This document shows, piece by piece, positions 47,404 to 60,192 of a stretch of 64,000 bases of DNA. Made by a program: the position numbers and the translations under genes. This stretch comes from Azolla caroliniana (taxonomy: Eukaryota > Plantae > Polypodiophyta), in assembly GCA_043228905.1 (NCBI GenBank), contig JBHGNT010000018.1, forward strand, positions 9,672,001 to 9,736,000, read 5' to 3'. Numbering within the stretch: position 1 is the first letter of the stretch; each line of letters starts with the position of its first letter. Below the pieces are notes generated by a model. That model was given only the letters and a program-made list of their open reading frames with translations. It searched no databases and had not been told where the DNA came from.

Positions 47404-48172
47404 ATATGTTAAGGATTTACCATGCAAGCAAAGACTTATACTATGATGGGTCCCAAGCGAACAAAAGGAATGAGCTATTTTGCAATTAGAGACTTGTATA
47501 GATGTTCAATATTTCCTAAAAAATCAATTGCGGTCAATAATTTGTGAGCTATAATTAGGCATTTCACATACATTGAGTATATATTCGCAAATTCAAAGAC
47601 ATTGATTAGTAATTAGAAAAATTATAAGAATAGCCGACTCTTTCTTTTAGATCCAATAGTTGGCACTTGTAATTTAGTGGATAGAGCGTTTGTTTCTAAA
47701 GCAAAAGGCAGAAGGTTCGACCCCTTCCTAGTGCGATTGAAACAATGACCATTCATTTCCTTTGTATTCATAATGTTGGATTTAGTTTTTGTGTCGAGGA
47801 TCGATGTTTACCCAATCTCATTTGCATAACACTATTAGGATACTCCACATTCTTGGTCTAGGATAGTGAATACAAATTTGCATAAACTAGAGGTGGCTTT
47901 AAGACCCAACAAATGCAAAACTCTAACGATGTATTATACATTAAGGGTTTACCATGGAAGCAAAAACCCATAGTGTGTTGGATCCTGAGTGACCAAAATG
48001 AATGAGGTATTTTGCATTTAGAGACTAGTATAGATGTTCAGTATTTCCTAAAAAATCAATTACGGTGACTAATTTCTGAGCTATAATTAGTCATTTCACA
48101 TAGATTGATTATATATTCGCCAATTCAGAGGCATTGATTATTAATTAAAAAAATTAATAGAATAGTCGACTC
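47404..48172 (+). repeat. Continuation of the tRNA-Arg satellite
   Basis: Resumes in register with 23081. Confidence 0.93.
47663..47735 (+). tRNA. tRNA-Arg-derived copy, anticodon loop reads CTA
   Basis: TTTGT-TTCTAAA-GCAAA; intact T arm; mutated D stem. Confidence 0.7.
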
Positions 48173-48244
48173 GGTATCGTTAGTCGTGAGATGCCGATCA
48201 ATAGTTATTAACATTAAAATTATTCCTTTTTAGGAATCTAATAT

Positions 48245-48278
<34 letters not shown>

Positions 48279-48388
48279 TTTTTTATTGTCACAAATCGGA
48301 TTATTTGGAGCTGGAGTGGGGAAGAAGGTTCTTATTAGGGTAAAATTTTCGTCTATTTTGTGTTTCAGTCTTTTGGGGCCCAAGAGTA

Positions 48389-48485
48389 GGGGATATGGCG
48401 GAATGGTAGACGCTACGGACTCAATCGGATCGAGCCTAGGTGTGGAAACGGACCGAGTGACAGCTCCCAGATTCAGGGGAACCGA
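48389..48485 (+). pseudogene. trnL: Plastid trnL(UAA) exon 1 (48389-48422) plus start of the group I intron
   Basis: GGGGATATGGCGGAATGGTAGACGCTACGGACTC followed by AATCGGATCGAGCC..GGAAAC..ATTCAGGGGAACC; no exon 2 seen. Confidence 0.88.
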
Positions 48486-48789
48486 AAAGTCTATTACATC
48501 TGAATCCATTAGTTGTGAGAATAGGAAGAAGAGGGGAAGTAAAAAAATTCGTTCCATACGTACGAGTGACGGTCGGACCCCCCCCCCCCCCCCCCCCCGA
48601 AGTAGAAAAGGAACCCAAAGATTCTGGAAAGAGCTCAACCTTTGAAGATATCTTTCATACTTATTTTGAGATAAATTATCTATCTACTTAATCCTTTCTC
48701 TATCTTATTAGTAATATCACCTTGCAAGAAAAAGAACTCCCTTGAAAAATCCTACCGGACCCGATTTTTGTGTGACAACCATAACCGCA

Positions 48790-48869
48790 TTGGAAGCCTC
48801 ACCTGCAAGTCCCGGCAAACTCTTCAGACGGCGTATCACTTTCAAACGAGGTCCTCGGTAACGAGACGT
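48790..48869 (-). pseudogene. rps4: Plastid rps4 5' fragment with ACG start
   Basis: ACG-SRYRGPRLKVIRRLKSLPGL preceded by an AAGGAG Shine-Dalgarno. Confidence 0.85.
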
Positions 48870-49177
48870 AAAAACTCCTTTTCTGTGAACCTTTCATTAT
48901 TCATAATAAAACCTCATTCGGGATTTGCACGGAAATTAAAAAATCCATTCTGGCGTAGTAGTCCTTCTGTGGAATCGCAGGTCTTTTTCTCGGGTTTTAC
49001 TTGTGGTGTACCGTACTTTGGAACGTGGGTAGTGGATACAATTTATTCGATAAACAGGAGGGAATCTTCTCAATATTCCGATGGGGCTTTCCCGGAATCT
49101 AGTATTCCTTTTGGACCTGATTACCAAAGCATAGGTTTTTTTATTTCGTCGATGTTGGGAGATAAAAAACAAAGGTA

Positions 49178-49276
49178 ATGACATCAATTTCCGACATTCA
49201 AATAATTTTGGCACTTGTTAGTGCCTTTGCAACAAGCATTTTAGCTGCAAGGTTAGTTGTTGCATTGTATCGTTGA
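49178..49276 (+). pseudogene. psaM: Plastid psaM copy (complete 32-codon frame within the NUPT)
   Basis: MTSISDIQIILALVSAFATSILAARLVVALYR*. Confidence 0.85.
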
Positions 49277-49307
49277 TTGATCCAGTTTTTTTGTAGGCGA
49301 CTCACTT

Positions 49308-49430
49308 AATAGCATCGAAAGAATTGAACTTCTAATTGATCGCGACACTCGGATTCCCATGGATGAAGACACAACCGCAACGGATGTTTTGGGTTTCTCC
49401 GATGAGGATTTCTATCACAATCGTATCACT
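49308..49430 (+). pseudogene. accD: Plastid accD internal fragment
   Basis: ERIELLIDRDT(R)IPMDED..DVLGFSDED..YHNRI resembles accD RIELLID.GTW.PMDED. Confidence 0.75.
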
Positions 49431-49589
49431 ATTTCGGTAATCTCAACCAAGTATTCGACATATGAATGGATTCGTCTTGAATGGCTGAGCCCTAAAAAAA
49501 AAACCATTCCTCAATCAATATGAGTAATGGATCTGTACCTAGCCAAAAAAGCCTAAGAAATCGAAGCATAAGAGGCAATTAGAATAAAA

Positions 49590-49782
49590 ATGAATAATAA
49601 AAAATCAGCTGATTCGCTGTTAGTAAGTGAAGTAGATACAAGATCTGCCAACATCCAAATTAGCAATCTGACTTATCGAGTCTCGAAACTAACATCTCAT
49701 CTAGAACTACATCCCAAAGATTATTCATCCCAAAGAGGTTTATGTTGGGCAAGCGGAAACGTCTTCTTATCTATCTATCGAA
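49590..49782 (+). pseudogene. rps15: Plastid rps15 fragment, frameshifted
   Basis: [29 protein letters not shown], then [11 protein letters not shown] in another frame. Confidence 0.88.
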
Positions 49783-50007
49783 TCGAGGGTTAGTAGAAAT
49801 CGGTGGATTGGACTACTTCTTCAGATCATGGAAGGACCAACATCTCAAGAAATTTCTGATGGGTCCGCTCTCCAGTCATGAACCTTTTATCAGATCATTT
49901 GACTCATGAATTCTGAATCTGCTCCCTCTACGCAATCCGCGTCGTTCGGTGAGGAGGGATAGTACCGTCATCCTGGAAATCCTAGTTTTACTAGCAATGC
50001 CGATCCA

Positions 50008-50079
50008 ACACTTGTAGTTCAGTGGATAGAGCGTTTGTTTCCTCAGCGAAGGATGAAGGTTCAACCCCTACCTAGTACA
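50008..50079 (+). tRNA. tRNA-Arg(CCT)-derived copy, degenerate
   Basis: Same layout, followed by the satellite trailer to 50103. Confidence 0.7.
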
Positions 50080-50103
50080 ATTGAAAAAATGACCATTCGT
50101 TTC

Positions 50104-50390
50104 TGACGGGAACTGGTAGTTCCTTATGCGCAAGGCTCGGCCACAACCGAACTTAGAATGATACACAGAAAACAGGTAATAAGACGTGACACAAAGAAGA
50201 AGAAAGATTACACAAGAGGTTTACGTGGAAAACCCCAAACTAGGGGAAAAACCACGGCAGCCCACAGGCTGCAAACTGTCACTATGTAAGAATGTACAAA
50301 AACAGTGAGTTCACGGAGGCAACGACCTCGGACTCACGATCTTCACCACAGGCGGCGGTTACAACAGAGGCAGCGACCTCTTTCTCTCTC
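50104..50390 (-). mobile_element. Copia LTR 3' fragment (same family as the 5339 LTR)
   Basis: Reverse-complement match to ~5880-6157. Confidence 0.85.
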
Positions 50391-53300
50391 AGAGTGTATA
50401 TTATTTAAAATCATCAAATACAAAAATACCCACAATTAGGTATATATACATCTCATGTGCAAGGGTGCACATGTGTGAGTGGAATATAGGTACTAAGATG
50501 TAAGTCCTATATTAAATGTACTTAGGAGTGGAGGATCTAGAATATCCCACTTAAGTACAAGGTCCTATTTAAGGCGTTATAGTCAACACTTCTAACTAGA
50601 TTCTATCTAGGTAACTACGAAGTTACATGGTTGTCTCTCAACACGCCCCCTCAAGCTCAAGTGTGAGGCGTCTGACATCCGCTTTGGCATTCGTCGGCTT
50701 CGTGTGCTTCGGTCCGGCCTTCGGCTTTCTTCGTCGTGGCAATCTCGGTTCCTCCCCCTCAAGCCGGTGACGAAGGCTTTTAGCGTGTGGGTGAAGGTCG
50801 ACTACTTCCACCCATCGTGGGTTACGAGCCGCTTCAGTGGAGGTCTTGGGCTCTTGTTCGGCCGCTACCTTCATTGCGAAGACATAGTGATGGGCCATAT
50901 ACTCGTTGTAGCCGAGCCGCATGAAAAGGTTCTTAGCTCTAGATGAGCGTCGAAGTTTTTCGCTCGCCGATGTGAGCGCCTTCTACCTCTTGTTCAGCCG
51001 ATTCTGGGCCAAGCGTAGTCAGAGTTGAAGTTGTCTCTGGTGCATACCAGGATGCGGACTCATCAAAGACTACGTCTCGACTTACCCAAACCACTTAGCT
51101 ACAAGGGTTGTAGCACTTGTACGCCTTCTTCTCGGACGATTATCCTATGAGGATACATTCCTCCGACATCGCGTCGGGCTTCTGTTGTTGTTCATTCGGG
51201 ATACGTACATTCGCAATGCTTTCGAACACCTTGAGGTGCGACAGGATCGGCCTACTTCCGATGAGGAGCTCGTAGGGAGTTAGCTCATGGACTCCATTGG
51301 TCGTGCACCGGTTCATGAGATAGACGGACGTGGATGCCGCATCGGTCCAACATAAGTTCGGCATGTGCTTCTCATGCATCATGGCGCGTGTTACCTCGAG
51401 TATTTGCCGATTTTTCCTTTCGGCGACTCCATTTTGTTGGGTTGAGTGTCAACACGAGAATTCTCTCCGAATGCCATCACTTTAGAGGTAGGAGGTGAAT
51501 TCATTGGAGAAGTACTCCTTGCCTCCATCCAATCGTAGGCATCGAATGTGCCAACCGGTTTCTTTTTCGACTTGCCCCTTGAGTTTTTGGAAGTGGGAGA
51601 ACACTTCGCTCTTCTTCTTCATTGGGAAGATCCAAGCGTAGTGCGAGTAGTCGTCGATGAAGGTGACGTAGAATCGGCATCTGCCAATCGTCGGCATTTA
51701 TGCCGGTCCCCATACATCTGAGTGTATGATGTCGAGGAGGCCTTTCCTTGCGGAGCTCTCCTTTGGGAATGGGAGTCGATGTTGTTTTCCGAGTTGACAC
51801 GCTTCGCATACTCGGTCAACTCGTTTCAACTCGAATGTCAGAAATCCGATGACAACTCCCTTGTTCTGCATAGCTCGAAGCTGTTGGAGGTTTATGTGGC
51901 CGATTCTCTTGTGCCACAACTCGATGCTTGTCTCGGTTTTGAGATCTTTCGCATACATTGCCGATTTCACCTCGTTCGAATCAAGCATGAACATTCGGCC
52001 GTCTCTCTGCCCCTTCGCTATGAGTCGGCCATCTTTCTCGATGAAGCATCCTTCTTTGTTGAAGCGGACTTGCATGCCTTGCTCCACGATTTGGCTGACC
52101 GAGACCAAATTCTTCGTTATTGTGGGCACGTGCAAGACATTCTTGATGCAAGTTTGCTCGTCTTCTTTCCCGAATGGGACATTGCCGATGTGTCGACTGG
52201 GGTGCGTGGTGTCGTCTCCCGTCTCTATGAAGCCAGGTCGGTTTGGTGTACGCAAGTCACGAAACCACTCTTCGTGAGATGTCATGTGATGTGAGACACC
52301 GGAGTCGACGAACCACATGTCTTCCGAGTTAGAGGTGCTTGCGGAGTTGGAGTCTGTCATAGAGTTCGCTCTATGCCTCATTACGAACATTCCGCCATGG
52401 CCACCATAGTCGGAATTCGTGGCGTAATTTGTAAACATTTCACTACAATTGTCGTAGTCGGAATTCAATGCGTCATTCGTGAACATTCCGCTACGATTGT
52501 CGTAGTCGGAGTTCGATGCGTAGTTTGTGAGTTGTTGACTTGTTGAAGCCAACTCACTTCTCTTTTTCCGACACTCCACCTCGTAGTGGCCGATTTTTCC
52601 GTAATAATTGCAAGTTACGGGCCTCGTTTGCCAACCATGTTCAATGTGGAAGCTCCCCCTTCTTTCGAAGGTTCCTCGATGGCTTTCGTGAAGGTTTGAG
52701 TTCCCTTCGTGTGATGGGCAGAATTGACCTTTTCTACCGTCGTGACCTCCTCCTCGGCCACCATCCGAATTTGAGAAGAACATGTGTCCTTCCGACATCT
52801 TGCTTTTGGTTTGGATGTGGTTCTCTTCGACCAATACCATTGATTGGAGGTTGAAGAATGAAGGAGGGTTTTCTCTCGCCAAGATTGCGGTCCGTAATGG
52901 ATCGAATCATTGTGCGAGGCCGCCCAAGCATACTTGAACCATCTCGATTTTGTCGACATTTATGTTGATGGAGCCAAGTGAGTCGCAAATGCTCTTGATC
53001 TTGGCGATGTAGTCCGACACGAACATGTCTTTTTGCCGAATGTTGTTCAACTCTTGTCGGAGTTGAAGCTTTGAAGCGGTTGTGTTGGCGGCGAACATTT
53101 TCTTTAAGTTCGCCCACGCTTCTTTAGGCGTCTTGGCGTCTCGAATGTGGCTAACCTTGTGGTCGTGGACACATGTTGCCAAAAAATACATGACTTGACT
53201 CGCCGCTTGCTCCCATGTTGTGTAGTCGGCGTTCTTTGAGTCGGGTCGATTTTCTTGAGCGTTGTTGATGTAGCTCCAATACCCTTGGCCGACGAGGTAT

Positions 53301-53646
53301 TGGCTCATCTTGTACTCCCAAGATGAATAACTGCTCCAGTCTAGCTTTTCACTAGGGAGCGAGCTACCCGTTTGTGTGTTCATGTTGATTGTGTCTTCTC
53401 TTCTTTTGCTTTTCTTCCTTCGATCACATACATGTGCTACGTAGCGGCACTACGGTAGCCGATAGCCGGATTTTGTCGTCGGCGTCTCGAACACACAATC
53501 ACGGAGTCGGGTGGGCTTCGTGGATTTTCTAAACCACACGCTCTAATAACATGTTAAGAATTAGGTAAGTAATTAAGAGTTAATTAGTACCTAATTATGT
53601 GATAAAGTTAATAAGCGGAAGATTATGTGATATGTGTGTGAGAGGA

Positions 53647-53681
<35 letters not shown>

Positions 53682-53998
53682 CTTATGAATAACACAAGAT
53701 GGGGGATGAGTAAACTAGAGTGTATATTATTTAAAATCATCAAATACAAAAATACCCACAATGAGGTATATATATATCTCATGTGCAAGGGTGCACATGT
53801 GTGAGTGGAATATAGGTACTAAGGTGTAGGTCCTATTTTAAATGTACTTAGGAGTGGAGGATCTAGAATATCCCACTTAACTACAAGGTCCTATTTAAGG
53901 CGTTATAGTCAATACTTCTAACTAGATTCTATTTAGGTAACTACGAAGTTACATGGTGGACTACCTAACTAAACTAAGTTTAGCTTGATCTCTCAACA
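50391..53998 (-). mobile_element. Internally deleted Ty1/Copia (family E); 5' LTR 53552-53998, partial 3' LTR 50391-50643
   Basis: Gag EKLDWSSYSSW, PR WFVDSG, integrase HSDVWGP; RT/RNase H missing; degenerate Met PBS 53540-53551; PPT GAGGGGGCG. Confidence 0.88.
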
Positions 53999-54090
53999 AG
54001 AACCAACAAATGCAAAACTCTAGCTATGTATTCTACATTAAGGGTTTTCCATGGAAGTAATTATCTTCATAAGAGAAATTCATAAGATAG
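53999..54090 (+). repeat. Fragment of satellite spacer
   Basis: CCAACAAATGCAAAACTCTAGC..TTAAGGGTTTTCCATGGAAG. Confidence 0.75.
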
Positions 54091-54435
54091 TTCTCGCAAC
54101 CTCACGAACGACCACCCCCTTTGCAAATGGAGTGGCTCCTCCAGCTCCTCTCCAACTCCATGCTTCAAATCAACCACACAAATCAAGTTATGCTCTCCTT
54201 CCTCTCCGCTAACAACGACCACACTCAAGATCGACCAGATTCCAAGGTCTACCCGAAGTCCTTCTCTGGCTTTCCTTTCAAGGTTGTCTTAGCCTGGTTG
54301 GACCACTTTGAGATGATCTCCAGTTACCATCGATGGTCTGATGAGCGCAAAGCTTTGGAAGTTCGTACCCTACTCAAAAATGTCGTTGCCACCTAGTACA
54401 TCCAACAATCAAGAGACGTGATTGAGAAATGGCGC
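54091..54435 (+). pseudogene. gag fragment of the Gypsy D family
   Basis: LLQLLSNSMLQI..PKSFSG..LAWLDHFEMIS matches ORF 43609-44397. Confidence 0.85.
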
Positions 54436-54519
54436 TTGAAGTGTTTCTATTCCAACAATTACAGACACGTCCGACGTCATGTCCAACAATTATTGCAACA
54501 AGTGCAGATAACTTTGGCT

Positions 54520-57500
54520 GATGTTGGCGTGTAATTCTTCATACATGATATGAAAAATACCAAAATAATTTTTTTATATTAGCTTAATGGGTTGGTATGG
54601 AAAGATGGACATCTTCAAGAGCTTCCGAATGCATTTTACTACATATGAAACAGACAACTATGTATCAAGTTATGTGAGTATGAAGTTGAGAAGATGAGGA
54701 AAACTGAACTATGAGATATCCACATAGATAGGACCACATTGGATCCAATATTATATAATCAAACTCATAACTTGTTTCTTTATATGTGTGTGTTTGGAGC
54801 ACACAACAGTTAGGGTGAATTGGGCCGAACTATTTGTATAGATCGATGCGGATGAATTGCTTGGTAAATTTTTCCTTAAGTTTTTGGAAGCTATCTCTCA
54901 CATAAACCCTAATTTTTCTTATCTATTAATCTCTTTAAACCTAAACATCTGTAATCCCAATCTTGGGATAGATTGTAATTTTTCTTTTCCTTTGCTAATA
55001 ACATTTATTAAACTTTCTCATTTTCGTTAATTCTTTAATACAACGCACGAATTTGTTATCCTCTAGTCAGAAGCCCCGGGGTCCTACCTCAAGTTCACGT
55101 ATCTTTGTCGTATTTTCTCGACATCTTTGGTGAACCCGATGTGAATGAAGGCGGTAGGAGGATACAAGCGAAACTCAAGGAGAGGAATTGACGAAAGGCA
55201 TGGTATCCGTCGTGGAATACATGCTAAAGGCGAGAGATCGAGAGACTTTAATCGACAAATCTGTTGATTGAACAGTGGAGATAGCTGGACGATTTGGTGG
55301 CAAGAACATCACAGATTTCCTTGCTACCTATTGGAATGAGATGCAATAGAGGGATGTCCACAATCTTAAACAAATTTCTAGCTTTAAGCGTGTGGTGGAA
55401 CCAGGGATCCGTGAGCGCGTCATGGAGATCCAAAACGAGCATACAACTTGGGCGGAGTTCGAGACGGCGCTTCTTGCTGAATACATGCTTGAGGATGCGT
55501 CAAGGATGACTTGGCATTCCCAAATGATTTGGATCGAGAAGAAAGGAAAGAATTTGTGTGCGTCGGGAGTTTATGCAGAATTCGACCAGAAGTACAACCG
55601 ACTTCCGAGCACTGATCAACGAGTTCTTAATGGAGATAAAGTCTTGTTGTTCCTGAAGGCGATGGATACAAAAGACCGACGAGAATTGGGTATCTTTTTC
55701 GAGGATGAAATGCAACCAAATGGCTTGGTAGCAGACTGGGCGGCGGTGAAGAAGGCTTGCAGTCATCTTGACAAGCGTCGACAATGGCTAGAGGAAACTG
55801 ACATGGAGAATCCACAATCGTGGAGGAGGAAGGCGCTTGCGAAGATCGAGCCTAGCAAACCAATTAATAATTTCGACAAGAAAGCGATAGAAGAATCTAT
55901 AATCGAAGAGCTCTCCAAGAAGTTTGAAGCGGTATCGCTAGCCAACTGAGGTCTACGCGGGCCCAAGGGAAAAGAAGCATTTAGATGTGTGTGGTGCGAC
56001 AACTTCGAGCACTCACGAAGGAAGTGTGCTGACTTGCAAGACGGGATTCGCAAGAACATTGTCTATTTGGACGGCAACATGATCCACTCAAGCGAGACCC
56101 AGAAGCCACTACGAGTGAACTTCAGAAGAGGTGGGCTAAAAAAGATTGTGAAAGAAGAAGACGCAAGGCATGTGGAAGCTATGCATTATGCCACATCGGC
56201 TGGGATACGAGTCGGAAGAGAGAATCTAAAGATGATCAAGCCAGTAGCTGGGTTTTGGCCAATGGTCTTCAAGTGCGAGAAAACAAGCAAAATCGATTTG
56301 AAGGATCTAAAACTTGTTGATCGGAATGTGCAGCGAGTTACCGGATGGTCGGATCCAGTCGATGATAAAACAAGCTTTACGGAGGTTATTTGCAACAACT
56401 ATGAAGCTCTTGTTGAAGAGAAGAGTAAAAGAACTTGTGAAAAAGATGGCACATCAAAGCGTCCCAACACAAGGAATGCGGGGAAAGAAGGGCAAGCCCA
56501 ACAACCTACACCACGAAAAGAGGTTGGAGAAACAAGAATGAAGACTGGTGGATCGAGCTAACCTACTCGGATGGAAGCCAATGACAGCCACAATACTCGA
56601 CCTCATTGGACACAAGAGACAACAGAGACACCGGTGAAGATCGGGGAGAAGAAAGAGACCGTGGTAGCCTTGATTGACCATGGCTTGGAGATCAACCTCA
56701 TGTCGACCAAGTTCTACAAAAAAAGGAAGATGGCCGATTAATACAAACCACGGATGGAAATTCGAGTGACAACAAAGGCCACAGGGGACTTGTACGGAGC
56801 TTGCCCCAATGTTAAAGTCAGGATCGGGGATGTGGAGAAGGATCAACACTTCTTTGTTCAAGACTCGCATCCTGTCATCCTCGGACAACCATATATCACA
56901 TCATCTCCGATGGAAACCAAAGTGTTCGATAATGGAGCAACCTTCGCACAATGTCATGAAGATTTTTGGCATCGGTGTGAAAATTGTGAGGAACATACAA
57001 AATCAAGTGTGGTTCTTCACACACGATATGAAACAATAGTCGGAAGGTATTATTTTAGATTAGTTTAATATCTTGGTACAAAAAGATGGATGTCTTCAAG
57101 AGCTTCCGAACGCATTTTACTACATATGAAACGGACAACTAAATATCAAGTTATGTGAGTGTAAAGTTTGAGAAGAAGAGAAAAGCAAAAGTGTGAGATA
57201 TCCCACAAAGATAGGACACATCAAGGATACTATAGTATATAAACAGATCCAAAACATTGTTTTTTATATCTTTATGTACAGAGCATAGAATGGTTAAAGT
57301 GATTCAAACCACATTGTTTGGATAGATAGATGTGGATGAATTGCTTGGAATGGTTTTGGCGTGGTCGGGACGCGCATGCGTGCGCACAGTTGCGGTTCGG
57401 TTCGCTTGCTTAGCTCTGTCGCGGTTTTGATACTCACCGTTCTTGAGTATCAAAAGAAGGGAAAGGTCACTTCGAATGAGGTAGAGCTTGTGGACTGAAG

Positions 57501-59226
57501 TGTGCAAAGTATAACTGGATGGTCGAATCCAGTGGATGACAACACCATACTCGCGGAAGTGATGTGTGACAACCACAAGGTGTTCGTGGATGAAAAGAGA
57601 AAAAGAATGAAAGGGCAAGACAACCCATCAAAAAGCCATGCGAAAAAGAAAGAAGATGCATAAACAAGTCAAACTTTACGAACGGAGGAAGGAGAATCAA
57701 GCCAAAAAGGGGAGTCGAGCAGACAAGTCGAAGAAACGGTTCGGACTGTGAGGGTTGATGTCGAAGACCCCGCTCGAAAGACAAGAACTATGTCTACCTA
57801 TAAGCTAAGGTCAGACATAGAGCTGACGACAGATCTAAAGAAGATTCTCGAGGAACGTGTTCTTGATAGCCACGTGACCTTGTCCTTGAGGGAATTGCTC
57901 GGCATTACAAAGAAGGAATTCCATGATATGATCATGGACCTTGTAAAGAGAAAAAGGCAACAGTCAGACGAGGAGGAAGAGAATCCAAAGCAAAAACAAA
58001 TGCCATAACGATGGCAAGGGACGAAGTCGATGAAGATATGGTGGACAACCACTATACTCGACCTCATTGGGCACGAGCGACAACGGAGACGCCGGTGAAG
58101 ATCGGGGAGAAGAAAGAGACCGTGGTAGCCTAGATTGACCATGACTCGAAGATCAACCTCATGTCAACCAAGTTCTACAAAAAAGGAAGATGCCCAATTA
58201 ATACAAACCACGGATGGAAGATTCGAGCGGCAACAAAAGCCACAGAGGACTTGTACGGAGCTTGTCCCAATGTTAAAGTCACAATTGGGGATGTAGAGAT
58301 GGATCAACACTTCTTCGTGCAAGAATCGGCTTCGCATCCTATCATCCTAGGACAACCGTATATCACATCATTCCGGATGGAGACCAAAGTGTTCGATAAT
58401 GGAGCCGCCTTCGCGCGAGTCAAGAGACTTGACAATCAAAGATCTGTTCAATTCCTAACGGTGCGAGCTAATCATGAAAGGAACCGAGATAACCTTGGAG
58501 GCGAATCCTCGGAGTTTTAGAGCAAACTATTGAAGCATGGGGCACAAATAGTCCGAGCAATCACAAGTCCCCACAAGAAAGTAGAGCACGTGGATTGCAA
58601 AGAGAAACAACATGTGTCACACCTAGTGCTGCATGTAAACTAGCATTACTCAACAAGAAGGACAAGTGTCGGATACAAGACTTCGAGAAGATGCTGAAAG
58701 AAGAAAACATAATAGAAGAAGAAGAAGAATTCATGACTCATATTGTGGAAGAAGCCTCATTTAACGACACCATCGGCGAAACCAAGGAAGTCGTGGACTT
58801 GAGCTATCTTGAGGATCAACACGTGATTTCGGTTAGCTCTGTCAACATGTACGCTATCATTGATGAATATCATCGAAGCATCTTGATGGAGGAAGCTAAC
58901 ATCAATACAAAATATATAACGATGGATAGAAAGATCAAGCCAGTTGCAGTTCCGCTACCAAAAGATAGCTGGCAAAAGATGAAGGAAGTCGCTAATGATC
59001 CAAGCTTAAGGGATCCAAAGGCAATAGGTCATGTTTTCACCGAAGAGACGAAAGCAAAGCTACGAGTTGGAAGTGAGGATTTCCTCCTCCCTGAAGAGGA
59101 GCGAATGTTCCACGGAATGCTTGAGAGATATGGGAAAGCCTTTGCCTTCTCTCCACAAGAGATCGGATGTGCCGACCCAAAGATTATAGAGCCGATGGCA
59201 ATATTTACAGTGCCTCATGTACCTTG
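54520..59226 (+). mobile_element. Rearranged remnants of A-related tRNA-Trp Gypsy elements (LTR ending ~55123, PBS 55128, gag-PR to ~56950, LTR piece from 56952, second gag-PR-pol piece ~57436-59226)
   Basis: PBS TGGTGAACCCGATGTGA; ORF fragments match Gag-PR and the pol start of element A. Confidence 0.85.
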
Positions 59227-59738
59227 TGAAGAGAATACCACGTGTAATATCACTCGGCCACAATTGAGTCTTAGATCACTTCTTTGAGAATCAAACACAA
59301 AAATGGGGTTGGAGATTAGTACACGTACACACACGAACAATAGAGAGTACACGGGATGTTTACGTGGAAAACCCTAATAGGGAAAAACCACGGGAGCCCA
59401 CAGACTCCAAACTATCACTATATAAGAAAGGTACAATCAGATACTCAGAGGCAACGACCTCGAGTTCTGTATCTTCGCCAAGCAGTAGTTACAATAGAGT
59501 ATCGCTCTGTATCTCTCTCTCTTTATACAACAGTTATGCACATACAACAATATGACAACACACACTTCTGTGATTGCCCTAGGTCATATTTATACTCATA
59601 TGAACTTAGGGCTATTTACAAATGTAGCCTCAATAGGCTTACTCAAAACATATTTACAAATATGTCTTCTCTTCCAGTTCTCATCGGGTCCTCTTCATTC
59701 ATAACCGGATCCCATCCGGAGGGAACGACTTCCCAACA
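59227..59738 (-). mobile_element. Solo Copia LTR without matching TSD
   Basis: TGAAGAGAAT..TCCCAACA, similar to the LTR of H; flanks CCTTG and AACGA differ. Confidence 0.8.
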
Positions 59739-60192
59739 AACGATTAGGGTGATATGGCCCGAATTGTTTGGATAGATGGATGTGGATGAACTGCTTGGAA
59801 TGATGATGGAGGATGGTTCAGAACATCTGGTACGGTTTGGTCGGGAAGCGTGGATTGGACGGGACGATTGTGTACAGATCATGCGCAGGTCAAACTGTAC
59901 GGATGCAGGCATCTAAAAGTAGAGGCCATGTAACTAAAGTAAAGGTCATGTGTCCGCATCCAACTAAAAATAGAGGCCATGTAAGTAAGGTCATGCATGA
60001 ACGCTATTATTAGAAGAAAAACTAAAGTAAGGTCATGCATCAACGCTATTGTTAGAAGAAAAAGCATGCATGAACACTATTATTAGAAGAAAAAGCATGA
60101 AGTCTTGTTGAGAGATCAAGCTCAACTTAGTTTAGTTAGTCAACCATGTAACTTCCTAGTTACCTAGATAGAATCTAGTTAGAAGTGTTAAC

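Larger units (their letters stand above)
48173..50000. other. Mosaic nuclear plastid DNA insertion (NUPT)
   Basis: Juxtaposed fragments of trnL-UAA, rps4, psaM, accD and rps15 inside one satellite unit. Confidence 0.88.

Noticed and set aside
48198-49214. ORFs of 92-146 aa within the NUPT
   Set aside because: They cross fragment junctions, microsatellites and poly-C, and do not match the frames of the recognisable plastid genes
59905-60100. Short degenerate tandem repeats (GCATGAACGCTATTATTAGAAGAAAA and neighbours)
   Set aside because: Ordinary LTR-internal minisatellite in a decayed remnant
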